Origin: an uncultured virus (IMG/VR IMGVR_UViG_3300030333_007861)
Taxonomy: Duplodnaviria; Heunggongvirae; Uroviricota; Caudoviricetes
IMG/VR virus record: IMGVR_UViG_3300030333_007861
Length of the DNA: 64,000 nt
Reading direction: 5' to 3' (one strand)
The position numbers and the translations under genes were made by a program. The notes beneath the pieces are model-generated. The model was given only the letters and a program-made list of their open reading frames with translations, did no database searches and was not told where the DNA came from. Numbering within the stretch: the first letter of the stretch is position 1; every line of letters starts with the position of its first letter. Shown piece by piece: positions 29,898 to 44,800 of the stretch.

Positions 29898-32800
29898 TAT
29901 GACACTTGTAGGTAAGACCAGTCATGCGCTGTTTTTCAACGGTGTAAATGATAGTGTTATCTGCCCACAGAATAATTTTGCATACACTGGCCTAAAAATA
30001 CCGGGAGGGCAACGCTCTTCACAATCTATCATAGGCCCGGGAGATGGACATCGTGAACCAGATAATGCTACCGGTTTTGTTCTGGAATCTTTCACAGTTG
30101 AGGCATGGATAACCCCAGATTGTGGGGGAGTGGTGGCGGTTAAAGATGACCTTTTCGAACTCCGTGTAGGTCAAGTACATGCCCCCGGGCCTGCATCTTT
30201 CACTGTACATATCAGAAACGAAGGCGGTGGTAAGAAGAGCGTCACTTGTAAAACAGCAGAAGGTAATACTGGTATTCTTTACCCTACACATTCAGGTTCA
30301 TTCATTACATCAGATAACGATTTGTCTAAGAATACACGAGAATTACTCCACGTAGTAGGTATTTTTTCAGGAGAATACGTCCTTCTTTATGTCAATGGGG
30401 ACCTTGTAGCATCAGAAGAGGTCACTAAAGGCTCTCGTGCTAAGAACAATAGCCATGATTTCTATATTGGTGGGCGCGGAGGACAATTCCGCGGCACAAT
30501 CGAAAGTGTACATTGGCGTCGCGGTTTCAACGAAAGTGGTATTCGCCCACAACCTGTTACGCGCGGTGAAGATACTCTCGGATTATGGCGGTTTGAGGAA
30601 CCTGTGGAAGTCGACTCTAATATATTCCATATCAAGTCTAACGCCAGTGCCGATGCGACAACTCTCACTTTAGATACCACACAAGTACAGACTCTTTATC
30701 AGGCAATTTCTGGGAAGAGTGACACATTCAGTGGTACATACACTGTGCCTTCACTTGGTAATTATCAAGTTTTGAACACAGTGCATAGTGGGGGTGCCCA
30801 AACTATCAGTATTGCACACACAACTCATAACTTACTCATCAACCCCACAAGCACAGATATCAATACTGCTGAGCCGAATAATAAACCACCTGAGCGTGTC
30901 CGCCTTCTATCTCTGAGTGATGCAGGTACAGTAACTGTGAATAGTGTACATCTTGATTTTGACACTACTACAGACACAGGTGCGCGTGGTATATTACATG
31001 GTAGAACCGCTTTCGATGCCACAAATAATCTTGCGAATGATAGTACAATGGTTCTCATTAAATCAGACCTCCTAATTGATAGTGGGACAGGTAAGCCACT
31101 ACAACCACCCGGTCTTGGCTCCCAAGCCATTGATAGAACAGGGGGTATGGTCATAGATGAGAGTAGAAATGGGAATCATGGTTTCATTTTCTCTCGTAGA
31201 ATCAGTGTGAACAATAGTAATAATCCATATACAGTATCCAGCGCTAATTGGTCAGTAGATGACCGTTATCAGAGTGGGCACACTGGGAGACATCTTTACA
31301 CTCATATCACTGGCCACCCATATCTGAAATTCTTCCCTACACCTACAGAAGAGGAAGTCACACGAACCATGGACGGGCTCGCTGACGATATCATTGTGCA
31401 ATTCGATGGTCAAAGTTCAGGAATCAAAGAGCAAGTCCCTATTAATGCTCAAGTGTCATTATTCCGGCGCGCCTTCACAGGTAATTGTGCGTCCACAGTA
31501 ACATCGAGTAGTGCAACTGCAGTGATAAGAAATGGTCTGACTTCTTTAGACCCCGATAGAGATTCTATCATCGCTATTGGTGGGAGCGGTTTTGATATCC
31601 GCCCCTTCTTATTGAAAGGGCACGGTGTAGATAATATCAGTAATACTGATGACGTTTACAATCTCCATCTCACTCCTGAAACTGAGTCACGTGTGGCTAT
31701 GTTAGAAACAGGCGATTCAGACTTCCCTTATGTAGAAGTTCATTATAACGCCGTTGACCTTACTGGCGACACAATGGGCACATCAGGCCCTTGTCTTATT
31801 GTAGAGAAGACTGTACCTGCTGGTGGCTGCCTCATCAATGCAAAGAGAGTAGCGAGCACTATCTCTTCTACTATATCCAGTGGTAGGACATTACATGCCC
31901 CCGGTGGTATAGTGATATTCGATGAGAAAGAAGTGGGGAATGCGAGTGAAGTATTAACATCTCATAGAATGGTGGGTGATAATACTGGTGGTAAACAATA
32001 TGAAATAGAATTGGACACAAGTAGATTACCCAGTAATTATACTCCTCAATCTGCCACCGATGTCCCCCAATCTGGACCAATCGGTGTTGAATTAAGTATA
32101 GAAGAGCCTACTCATCCTTCTGTGTACCACCACGCTGTTTTTCAGGCTCCTGTTAAAGGTAAGAGTAACCCGCCAGAAACAACTGATAAGTTCTTCAGGA
32201 GAGCGCCTGCGAGTGGTAATAGGGGAAGTGTGGCTCAGTCCACAAACGCATTCGAAGTATTCGACATTATTGATAATGTGAAACAAGGTAATGAATATCT
32301 TTTCATCCTTCAACCAAGTAAGCGCAATAGAACAATGCAACTGTCTAAAGTTGTAAGTAAATCAGAAGACCATTCGGACCCTTCTTTCATGAGTTTAGAA
32401 TATCTTCAATGTAGAGGTAAAGTATCAAACATCAAAGTAACACAAAGCGATGTTGGTAGATTTGTCATTCTCAAAGCGAGAGGGTTGATGGAAGATGTGG
32501 CTTCAGTAGAAGCACAATTCACCGGAGATGGTTCCCCTGATTCTCACCTAATTAAAGAGTTGAAAAGCGATGGTCCAGTGGTTACTGTAACATTAGGTGG
32601 GCCGGGGCAAGGAGCAGTCAATACTAAACCTACATGGGACCCCAGCCCTATATCTCGTTTAGGATGGTCTACTCGTAGAGATTGCGTTGTTAAAATCAGC
32701 AATGTGAATAGTGGTGTAGCACCTTGTGAAATCGATATAGTTCCACTGAATAATGAGTCATCGGCTTTAGCATCTTGGGGGAGTTATTGTTTCCCACCAC

Positions 32801-35800
32801 GAGGTAGAATATACTTAGAGAGCGGGGCGAATGCTGAATATCATAAAGTCACGAGTGATGGTTTTGAACTATATGGCACCACTGGTGCACTCGGTACTGG
32901 GATATTCATCAATGCTGATGGGTCTGAAGAAGACAGATTTTCTGACTGGATTGCTGTTTCAGATAATGAGATAAGTGAAGGTGAATTGATATCCCTTGAC
33001 CCATTATTCAATGAGGCTTCAGTATGTAATGATGGCACCACTATCAATGACCGACTCTTCCAATCAATAGGAAGTGTCACTCACGATTACCAGTTAGGGA
33101 CGCAATACGCATCTACCAGAGCATTAGTGGAAATACCACTTTTCCCTGACCAGTTCTTTGAAAATAGAGATGCTGGTATTTTCCCCGGCCCTGATAATAG
33201 TATGAAAATTCATCTTGATGCTACTCTCACTGCTCATACTTGGGCACCTAATCCTGTAGGGAGAAGATGTAGCGATTTACCCCCAGCAGACCGAGAAGTA
33301 ATGGGCTCTTATCATAGAAGGTGGGTAGATAATGATGATAGACAAGGGATGAGAGTAACGCGTGTAGATATCGCTCAGTATCGACTTTACATAGATAATA
33401 TGGACAGAATGCCTGATTCTGCTTGGGTGAAAGGACTTGTGCGGTATGGTGAACACGATGTGAGGATGAGGAGAGTCTTCCGAGGTAATGGTGAATGGGC
33501 ACTAATTCAAGAAGTGGATAGAACAAATGGGTGGATAGAATTCCCGCAAGGTAAAACGAGTGCAGATTTTCTACAAGGGCTTGATACTGGCGAGGTTCTC
33601 TACTTCTCTTCCTCGTTTCCCCACGATGTACCTCCACCAATACGTGATGATGATTTCGCTCTATCAGCAAATAGAGAGTTCCGTCGGCCTTTTTATTATG
33701 ACCGCGCGAATATACAAACCCAAGGCGGGAATATCGATTATGGGCTCAGACAATATGTCAGCGCTGTTGAATTCAAGGCTGGGCCAAAAGAAAATCCACA
33801 TTGTGGTAGAATAGAATCAGGAGGGGCAGTACTCACATTATTAGAACATCTTGGGAGTAATATATATCGATTTGAAGGTGATATGCCTCTTGCTGCGATA
33901 CCTTCTGGTCATATTTACGAAGCGATACATGAAAATGGGGAATCTTATGCTGTCACTTATGTATCTTCCACCAATCTTGATAGAATCACCGTCGTTCCAT
34001 ATACTGGGTTGAGTGGAAGCACTGCTATCACTTCAGTATTAGGGAAACTTACACTCAAAGCATTGACGAAAGGCTCTGCCTCTACTTTTGAATATTACAT
34101 AGAGGATTCAACTGTCAATCAAACATGGGGTAATGGATATTCCCCCGGAGGGCTTCGTTACGGAGATACTGTTTGGATGAATATGCATTACACTAATCCC
34201 CATGCTGTTGAAGGCCTATTCTGTAAGAGTCGTGGAGTACTTAATGAATTCTTAGTATGGAATGGCTTCAATGGTGGGAGAGGGGAAGTTGGGTATCAAC
34301 CACGCGATAGCATCCCCTTGGAGAATTTTCTTATTGGGGATACTTGCACAGAGACAGCGAAAAATTTTGCTCAACATGTGAATAAAACCATTGCTGTTAA
34401 TTGGGAGGAAATGGGATATTCAACAAGTGCTCCTGTTGTTGCTTTTATTGACCCTTATCTTAGTACAGAGGGGCATGCCCGTGTGCTTCTGTATGATGTT
34501 GTTCATGACCGTGAATTCATAGCATTCCATGATTTGTATATGCAAGTACAATCCAGTACAATGACTCCTCAAGTCAGCGGATTGGATGTGGCTTCTGGCT
34601 TCAAAAGTCAGATAAAGACAAGTACTGGTAGTTATGGGACTACGGCCTCCACTACCCATAATAGTGGTGCTGGTACTAATATCGGTGGAGTTGTACAAAG
34701 TGCTATCATAGATGGTAAAGTCGATGGGAATCGTTCAAGATTCATTGAGGGAGCATATGCTCATAAATCATGGTTCTTAATCGATTCTGATAGCACTGTT
34801 GGTCATCCCTCATCAAGTCAAGATGTGAGATATAGAGGTAATAATGCACACGTAGATTATGGTAAAAGCGCTGTGACTATTTCTTTCGCAGATGCTGATG
34901 GTACAGTAGATAAAACAGTAGTTCTTGTCTCACCTGATGGTACATCGAAAACATATACTGCCAAGGCTTCAAGTAGCGCGTCATCGTTAGAATTCGATGT
35001 TACAAGTACAACTGCTGATGCAAAAGCATTGGCTTTGAAAGAGGCCATAGAACACGCAAATGGCCATAGTGGGAAGATTACAGTAAGGCTCTCTTCAGAC
35101 GATAGAGGAAGTGGTGATAATGTACTCGAACTTACTCCTCAAGCCAGTGCTGGAGGGTTATCAGAAATAACGGTAGCCTCAAATTTACCTGATGCTGTTC
35201 TTTTCAAGACTCCACATGAAGGGATATCTGAAAGGAATGAAGATAGCGTTTGTTCTATACCGAGCGCTATAACAAAACATGGTGATTTCCTTCTCAGTGC
35301 AGAATCTTCACTTATACAGAGCAGTGGTGCTACTCGTTATCGTTTCGCATCGACATTCTTTGATACCCCTGATGGTACACGTGCCATTCCTGCGTTCCTA
35401 TGTTTGAAAGGTAAGAGAACAAATACTCTGGATTTGAGTGCTCACTCTGCAAGCGTTGCTACAGGCACTGAAGTCAGATTGAATAGTCTTCCCCAATGGA
35501 CAGAACTTGATTTCGTTCGCCGCCTCCCTATCGACCTTGGTGAAGTAGGAGTGGTAGAAGGAGTCACAGATATAGAAGCCGCGGCCAGAGAAGTTGTGCG
35601 TCTCATTAATCAGGCAGGTGCACCTAATGGTAGGAGTAATTTAAGAAGACCCTCTGACCAATACCCGGGTGAAGGAGAAAGATTCGGTATTACACAAAGA
35701 GGTAATAATACAGCATTAGGGTCTGATACTTCACAACCAATAGACCCTACTTCTTCTCATCACCATGCTGACTTTTCAGTCACTGGTAGTACACATGACC

Positions 35801-38800
35801 CTGCGCCATTCTGGGATGATACTGCTTTCACATCATTTGACCGAGGTACCCACATGGGCTATCTCCGCGCCCATTTAGGGAGAGTGGTGACAGACAGTGA
35901 TGGGAATGAAGGATTCAGTGTAGTTATACACAGTACAATACCGGGAGCCTCGGGTCGCAATTTCTGTGCTTGGTTAGATAATAGCAAGGGCCAAAGCCTA
36001 TATCGCCCACAATTCCTTATTGGTCATGGTGGGAGATTCCGCAACTTTTGGTGCTTACCAAATGAGTCAATGGGTGAAAATATGCACCCTGCTCCTATGC
36101 CTATCAATAAAGATGGGCGTCCTTTTGCCCCTATCACAAGTTTACATGAGTTAGTACCACCTGATGAGGAAATAGATGGTTTTCTCAGTAACACGCATGT
36201 GGGTTACGATTCTGGAGTAAATAGCAGTTCTAATAATAGTGGTGTAACAGATGCGCTAAGTGAAATATCAACAGGGCGCTCTTCGAACACTGTTAATGAT
36301 GAATCATATGAGAAACAAGGGATATCTGATGTTGCCGTTGAAGGGCTCAGAATAGGGACCAGAGCATCAGCGAGAATGAATTTTGGTGGTATTGTAGCAG
36401 CAGGCATCCCCGGTTGGGCCCCTGATGCTGGTAAATGGGGATTCGGTCCTGAAAATAACGAGGGGCGTTTCGCTAAAATATATTCAGTGGCCGGACCTAC
36501 CGAGTATTCTGCTTATGTGCCCAGTGATGATGTGAAAACAACAGCGATAGGCGACTCTTCATTATATGGAATACGTTTCGTGGACCATAATGGAAAAAGT
36601 CACACCATTCGACTTATTTATCGTCAGGAAGGAGAATCATTCTCTAATGATAGAACTATTTTACCACCCAGTTTAGAAAATGAGATTATCATTTTCTTCG
36701 ATGACCGTGATATAGCGCAAGGTGGTTTTACTCTCGGTAAACATATGAGAGGGAGCGCCTATCCTATCGGGCCCTATGCTAATGGTATAGACGCACCATC
36801 ATGGAAAGGGAACTTATGGAGAGGTGTGCGTGCTGAAGAAAATGCATACGCAGTATCTGTCTCTGTATCTTCCAGTGATGTACTCACAATAAGTAATCTC
36901 TGGAATGATGTACCTACATCCAGTAGTCTGGATGCATTAGGGTGGTTAGGTTTCCCAGATAGTGGTACTCTTCTCATCAGTCCATCTGATGGTGCTTCAG
37001 GTACCAGTAGTACTCACGTTCTACATTATACTGGAAGAACTCATAATCGAGCAAGTGGTACACATGAATTTCATGGTATAACTGGTGGGACTCTTTCAAC
37101 TATCTTCGATGCCGCATCTAAGAAAGGGCCGACAAGTAGAGGAGATAGTATTTCACCAGTGCTTCTCAGCCCTGCTCTCAATCAAACCACTATTCTCACT
37201 GATGAAGTCATTGCTGCCGCTGTAGAATTTGCTATGAGTATCACTCCGGGTGGTAAAGCACAGTCTTTTGATTGTAGTGAAATGTATGCAAGTAATCGTA
37301 AGAAGTTCAAAGACATCATGGGCGATGGTGCAAAAACTGCTATTCGTGTCAAGACACTGAATGATAAAACAAAAGTGATGCCATTACATACCCTTTTCGA
37401 AGTAGAGAGATTGACAGATTGGGGATTATATGCTGGATGTATTACCTCAGCAGCATCTGACGGGGGAGGCACTCCCCCTGCTGATAATAATCATTTAGGA
37501 GGGCTCAGTCGTGCTGAAATTGATGGAGGCATGCGTCTTGATGTAGGATATCTCCCAAGGAATATTCTCAATATACGTACTAAATATAGTGGAACGAACG
37601 CTAATACAGCCACTCCTCTATTGGTTGACTCTAATAATAATGCAGTTGATGTCTCAGATTGGAAGAGGCATCTTAGAGGAGAACTCTTCACAAGATATGC
37701 TGGGGACCATATACTCCCTTCGATTGATGGGCCTATTACACGAGTCCATAGTATAGATACCAGTGTAAGTGGCTATAAAACAGTCAAAATATATACTGAT
37801 TACACCATGTTCACATTTGGACCATTAGGTAGATATGAAGCATGGAGGAAAAATCAACTTAGCGCGACCGCTGCAGATTTCAATAATTCCGTCGACCTCT
37901 CATTTGTGGAGAAGAGAGTCATCTGGTTCGATGATGAAAGGTGGGCTTTAGCGCAGCCTTTATCGGATTATAATGCAGTAGATGACCACTATTTCGGTAT
38001 CATAAACACTGAAGCGAAAGACAGTCTGAGTGTAGCCGCAGATGATTATGTATGGTATTGGGGTAGAGGGGAAGAGGCGCGTATCTTCGACGGTGTAAGA
38101 ATCGCTGGTAATACATACGGTGAACCCATCACTTATTTCCGTGGGGCTAAAGACAGCCCAGACCACAGTGTACCACTATATTTTGGTGGAGGTTTCAGTG
38201 GAGTTGTACTTGACATCAATGACGGCACACCTAATGATTACACAAGTGTGATGAGCCATCCTTATTCAAGTGGGCCTACAGGCTGCGCTGGTCTCCAAAA
38301 TGTAGGAGAGAATATGGGTTCCTATGCTTTGATTGATACTACTGCTATCATGGCAATGTTCCCCGGTACTCATGTACTTGACCAACATCGGGGTGAAGGA
38401 GGCCCTCCATTCGCTAATGTAGATGCCATTCTACCAACAGATATCTCCTCTGATACCGATACTCATGACCCCAGTGATACTCTTACTAAGGCCAGTGTTT
38501 ATGGTAATGTGAAAGTAACTAAACCTATACCTGTCGTATTACGTTTCGCGCATCCTTATGCTCGATATGATGATTCTTCAAATGAAGTAGCATATGTTAT
38601 CTTTGGTCCCGGGCAATCTGTCCCAAAGCATTGGAGTGGTGAGAATGCAGCAAACGCTGCTGCATCTACAGAGCCATCAGCGAAGTGGAATGTGAATGAA
38701 GTATTGTACACTTTTGCATATGCAGCATCTGGTGGTGATGGTGGTGCATTTTATCGAGGAACTCCTTCAGGGAAATATCTCCCAAACGAAATGAGTAATG

Positions 38801-41800
38801 GGAATTCTTCTCTTGGTGGAGCAGATGCTTGGTTACCAAAATCACATGCATATCAAGTAGCGAATGTATATCCTTTCAATGTCTTACGTCATTGGGAACC
38901 TGCTTATGGTGCCCCTAACAGTAATTTCAATCTCACATCTGCCGTCCAAGGGTCTCTCATCACTAATCATTTCGGTTCTGATGGAGCAACAGCCGGTAGC
39001 GTTTACAGTCATCCTTTCTCATTCTATGATTTTACTCAGATATCAATGCATGGTGATACAGATGATGCTCTTAGTTGGAGGGTCATGTTCCATATGGATG
39101 GTGGGTCACCCCCGGGAGGGAATTGGTTCGATAATGCTGTACGTAAAAATCCCCCACATCCTACGAATAGTAATACCATTACAGGGCAGAGAACAACGAA
39201 TATAGCCTCCAGTGCTGCTACTCACTCTATACAATTAGGGACTAATGCTACAATGTTCCGTATAGGTTCTTTGGCACTCACAGAGTATGATTACGATTTG
39301 AGTGAGTCAAATACTCCAAGAGATGTTTTCGTGGTTGATGCTTCACGTTGTCAGAACAGTGAAGAGTTGGCCACTATCATATCTGCGGCTATCAATAATT
39401 GGCCGGGGGAAGGTAATCTAAAAGCCATCGGAGGTACTTTCTTACCTTCTTTCCAAGACGCTACACGCCAAGACCGATATTCTTGGACTAAAGTAGGTAG
39501 TGTGGCCTCGGACAATTACAAGATACACGGGAATTCTACTAATGGTCATTCTTATCTTGGGATAACACCAAGCGGTGATGGTTCCCCGGGTAAATTACCT
39601 GAAAGCCTGCCCGCTTTCGGTTGGGTAAGACTTGTGAGAACAAGTGGTAGCACTGACCCAGTTAGTCTGTATGGGTTCTATTACGGATATAATGCAAGCG
39701 AAAATGAAATCTATCTCTCTAATAATTTCAGAAGTACATTATCTGGCTCGGCTGTGAGATATCTGGAAGACCCTACTGGTAGTGGGACGGGTGCACTTTC
39801 AGCCAACAATACTGACCCTTATGATGTCTATGTATGGACCCAAACGGGGAATCACCGTTGGTCGAATGGGGCGCCTGAAACTATTTCTGGAGAAGGCAAT
39901 TATTCAGCATCTACCGCTACACCCCCTCGCAATACAATATTGGATGCACTTGCTGGTACCCAAGTCCATTTCAGTGGATATGTAGACGCTGTAGATAGGA
40001 CACGCCCTGTAGGTTCAATAGGTTGGCATGGTGAAAGATATTCCTATCTGAACAGTCTGAAAGTAGACAGAGCGGATGGTGAACATGGTGTAGCAGCCGG
40101 GCTGGGCGCATGGCATCCCGGACTTGGTTTCAATCCTTACGGGCCTTCAGCGCAATGCCATTCTCTCAATTCTCCTTTCTATGTTCTCACTAAATCAACT
40201 ACGGGTTCCGACCCTGTTATTGAAAGATATACTTACGCTCAGAATGGTTCATCTTGCCCTACTGGTTTACATGCACGTCATTATGTTGCTGTGTCTTATG
40301 AAGGAGAACTCCCTATTATAGCAAAGGCTGACCGTGAAGGCATAGTTCTGGCTGGAGATATGCTGGATAAAAAGTGGGGAGGGGGTACTGGTGGTACCAT
40401 TGTAGTATCTCATAATTCTCGACACAACAATGACCGTTTTGTTGCCGAGGCCAATGGTGGGCCCCACGTAGATGCGCAAGTTGCCTATGCAGATACCAAT
40501 GGGAGTCTTGGGTTTGACACAGTATTCTCTCCACCAATAAATGCTTATGATGGATATGCTTCGGGCACTGGGTCTGTAACAATCGCAGCAGGTAAACCCA
40601 GCGCCACTCAAACTATTACTATTATATCTACCCAAGGTGTATCGATACAATATACAGCAGTGTCAGGAACAGCAAACGCGGCATTGAATCAATTCAGTGT
40701 CGATAATAATAATGACGATGTTGCTAATTCTTTAGAGACAGCAATTGAACATGCGAATGGACATAATGGCGCAATTCTTGTCTCTCGTATCTCAAATGTA
40801 TTAACGCTCACACAAGCGTATGCAGGTACCGCAGGTAATACTACAATCTCTTCCACATTGTCAAATACTACAGTGAGTAATTTCACTGGTGGAACAAACA
40901 ACGCAGCATGGGCTTCAAGCGCTGCTGCTGGAACTGCCCCAATGGAATCATGTCTATTCCCCACTGGGGATTTGTTCTTCGATAAAGGTATGAATCCGGG
41001 AGTGTCTCACTATCCCGATGATGCCCTTTTCTCATTAAGTGAAGGGAAAGCGTCAGCCAAGATTGTATGTGTAAGTGGGACTCCTGCTAATTATGATGGT
41101 GGCGCTATTGTCATCACAGATTCTGCAGGCACAGTCAGAACTTACACATGGGATGATGATGCTGCCCCTACAGATACTGCGGTTGTGGGTTCAGGAACAG
41201 TGCGAGATGTAAGAATACAAGGAGACACTACAGGTACTCTGATTGCTGGCCGTCTCAAAGCGGCAATTGAACATTCAGATGGTCATAATGGCACTGTCGG
41301 TGTATCACAATTAGGAGGAACCTTAGTTCTCTCTCAATCAACTGCAGGTACTGCAGGGAACCAAACAATCACAAAAAGCGGTGGTGGGGCAACAGCCACT
41401 GTAAATATAGCAGCAGGTAAGCCCAGCGCTACTCAAACCATCGTAATGGTTTCTACAGATGATACAAGCGTAACATACACCGCTGTCTCAGGTACAGCAG
41501 ATGCTGGATTAAATCAATTCAGTATAGATAATAACAATGATGATGTGGCTGCCTCCTTAGAGGCGGCAATAGAACACGCTAATGGACATAATGGGAAGAT
41601 ACTCGTATCGCGCTCAAGTAATATATTGACATTAACACAAGCGACTGCGGGGAGTGCAGGTAATAATACAATCTCCTCATCTCTTTCAAATACAACAGTA
41701 AGTGGGTTCGCCAGTGGATTCATGGGTGACGATGTCGTTACAATCACTGGGTTCGCTGGTGCAGATACAACCAAGGTTCTCTGTAGCACTGATAATAATA

Positions 41801-44800
41801 TAGCACTCAATTTAGATGCACATGATAACGCATTCGATTATTGGAGAAGTAAGAGTGCTGCACGTAATTTCTTCTCACAACACGTTGTATGGAAAAGGAT
41901 GGATGGTGGTAATGTTTGCTTACCAGCACAGAACGCACGAGGTTTAGGTGCCGTGCCTTGGGTTTATCGGAAAGTATCTTCCTCGTATGTGAAATTCGGT
42001 GAAACAGTTTATGGAAATGTGAGATTCTCTTTCGAGTCTACGAATAAAGCAATGTATCCAATTATACAAGCGCAGGAATTATCCCATCCACAATTCGCAG
42101 AAAGATTCCCACACGAAATAAAGAATGCCTTAGATATACCAAATGAGGAATCTCAGTTTGAAGAGATTGAAGTTATAGACGATACCGGTCAAATACACAC
42201 ATTAGAGGGAGGCTCACCTTTCGGTACCGTCATTAGAGATTATGAACTCACATCTAATCGTGATGTAGGAGGGCTCGCACCGGCTTTATCTGGTAGTGGA
42301 GACTCCCCTAATCTCAAAATTCAACTCCCTGATGCTGATAGTATTCCGGGAGATATACTGGTACGTTCTGGGTTCGACAGACTTCAAGCGTATCAGCACG
42401 AGACTATGGGGACAGGAGGCCTACAACGACCATCATTACCAGACAGTGTCGTTCAATCTAATTTCGATAGCACGAATACTAATCCCAGTACTGGCCCCTT
42501 CTGGGAAAATGAGGGATGGGAAAGAATTGACCCAAGACCAAATAATTTCCCAGATGGGCGCGTAGGAGATATGGATAATGAGAACCCGCTTGCTACTTCC
42601 TATGAGCCTCATGACCGTGCTCTATACTTCCATGTAGTTAGACAGGGATATACTTACACAGAAAGAGAGCCGTTGTATATCAGTAGTCTTGGTGTCATCA
42701 CTCACGACGAGCACACTTTCGTATCTTATTCTGGGACTGTATTGACAGCAGACAGTGCTGTGGATAGCACTGTGTGGAAACAAGACGCTACTCCCGACGG
42801 GAGATATTTCTTAGTTGTGAATGGCCATGTTGTATCTTACACTAACGTAAGTGGCTCTACATTCACAGGTTGTGTTTTCCCACCCGACTTTTCTGCTTCT
42901 TCAGGAGACACTATCAAATTATCATTCTATGTCCCAGCAGGTTCTACTCGGCACTTCGCAGCGCGAAGATTGAGAGACCATGCTGAAGTGAGTGGGGAAA
43001 GTCCCGATAAGAAGCCCATTACATGGAGTAGTGTAGGTAATACTACTTGTCCTTCTACTGTTATTCGCTCAGACCGTTTAACACCTATGCCTATCCCGAG
43101 AATGGGACACCATTATGTCACGCCGACTATGGCGATGATGCCGGGGCATCTTGCTCATCCTCTCTATCAAAGGATTTACTCGTCAGCATTTGGATGTGCA
43201 ACTACCAGTATAGACAGTGTCGAGCAAGATGAAGGATATACTACTTTAGATAATAGTAGAACATTCCATGCTGACGGTACAGACGGATTGATGAATAACA
43301 AGAAAGGAGTGGGCATTAATCCTTTAATGTGGTTCTCTTCTCTTACATCGGCACATAAACCATCAGATATACATGGGGGCGCTTTCACTCTCTTGACTGA
43401 AACGAAAATGAGGTTTGATGGATATGGTATAGCAAGTACGGATACAGTCAATTCAACAGGTGGTCATAGAATCCGTCTTGAGAAAGGCACTAATTACGCG
43501 CTGCATTGGAATTTCCCTGACCCATTAGAGGCAGGAGCATATCAAATAGTCATCCAGCCTAATCTTTTCGCTCAACAATTTATGGGTAATAATGCGAATG
43601 AGTCATTCGGCGCCACAGGGAAACCCACAGGTACTGTATATCCTACTCTCACAGACCAACAAGTCAACACTGTAATTGCTTTACAGGCAGACGGTGCTAC
43701 TGGATTCGACCTCATTTTGGCTGAAGCCACTATGGCTGATATACGAGGTTGTGAGATAATCATCAATGAGGTCATGCTTGATATTGACCCAGCACCCGGT
43801 CAACAATTCACCTCAGTACCTACATTAGGATTGTATAATGCATTCGGTGTCAACGAGGGAACATCTGGCGCTTTCACTCGTAGGTCTCTACCTTACCGTC
43901 CGAATATGTTCAGGAAAGCAACACCGGGTTACACATTAACAGTCCCATGGTGGGCACCAGCCATCAAATCATCTACAGTTTACGCTACCAACCCATGGAG
44001 AAAATTAGAACATTATCTCCCTGATGACTACTATCATTTCTGTAGAAGCACGCTTGGTGCTGTAGGTAGCCAAATAACACTTGCAGGATATCCTACATAT
44101 TACATTGACCCGTATATCCATACTTACAGTAGTCTTACCCCCACATGTACTTTCAAGAAGACCACAACTGCTGAAACCTCAGCAGGTTCATCAGCAGACG
44201 GGGTTATCGCTGTAGATAACAATGACCTCTTCCCTCTTGTAGGGAGAGATTATTGGAACCATAAATTAGTCATTACAGATAGTTCCGGTCGTGAGCACAC
44301 TGCTACATATACGAATAGAGGATATAGTAGTGGAACAGCGCTGACTAATACCTCACGATTCACAGGAGTCTCAGGTAATGCTGCTTTCTGGTCTGCACTT
44401 AGTGATGGGACAACAATTCGATTGAGTGGTGCCTATGGTACATTGTCACCCGGTGAAGTCTATACAAAGTCAGATAGGAGTATAGCCACACGTAACTTAC
44501 CCCAATTATTAGCAGGGACAAGAGACACGAACAGTCTACATTCACCAGATGCTTATCTTTGCGCGTGGCACTATAATCTTGGACGACCAATGACATATTA
44601 TTCAGATTCACGTACCAATATTGGCGATGCAGCAGTTGATAAAAGCCCTTACAATCACTTACCTGAACATTTCGAGACTGTTCATTATCACGAATTCGTT
44701 TACACGATGAGTGATGGGCCATTCGATTTCCGAGCCCGCCACTGGTCTCAAGCAGGTGGTACGATAGTTGACCCTGATTCATTCAATGTCTCATATCCTC

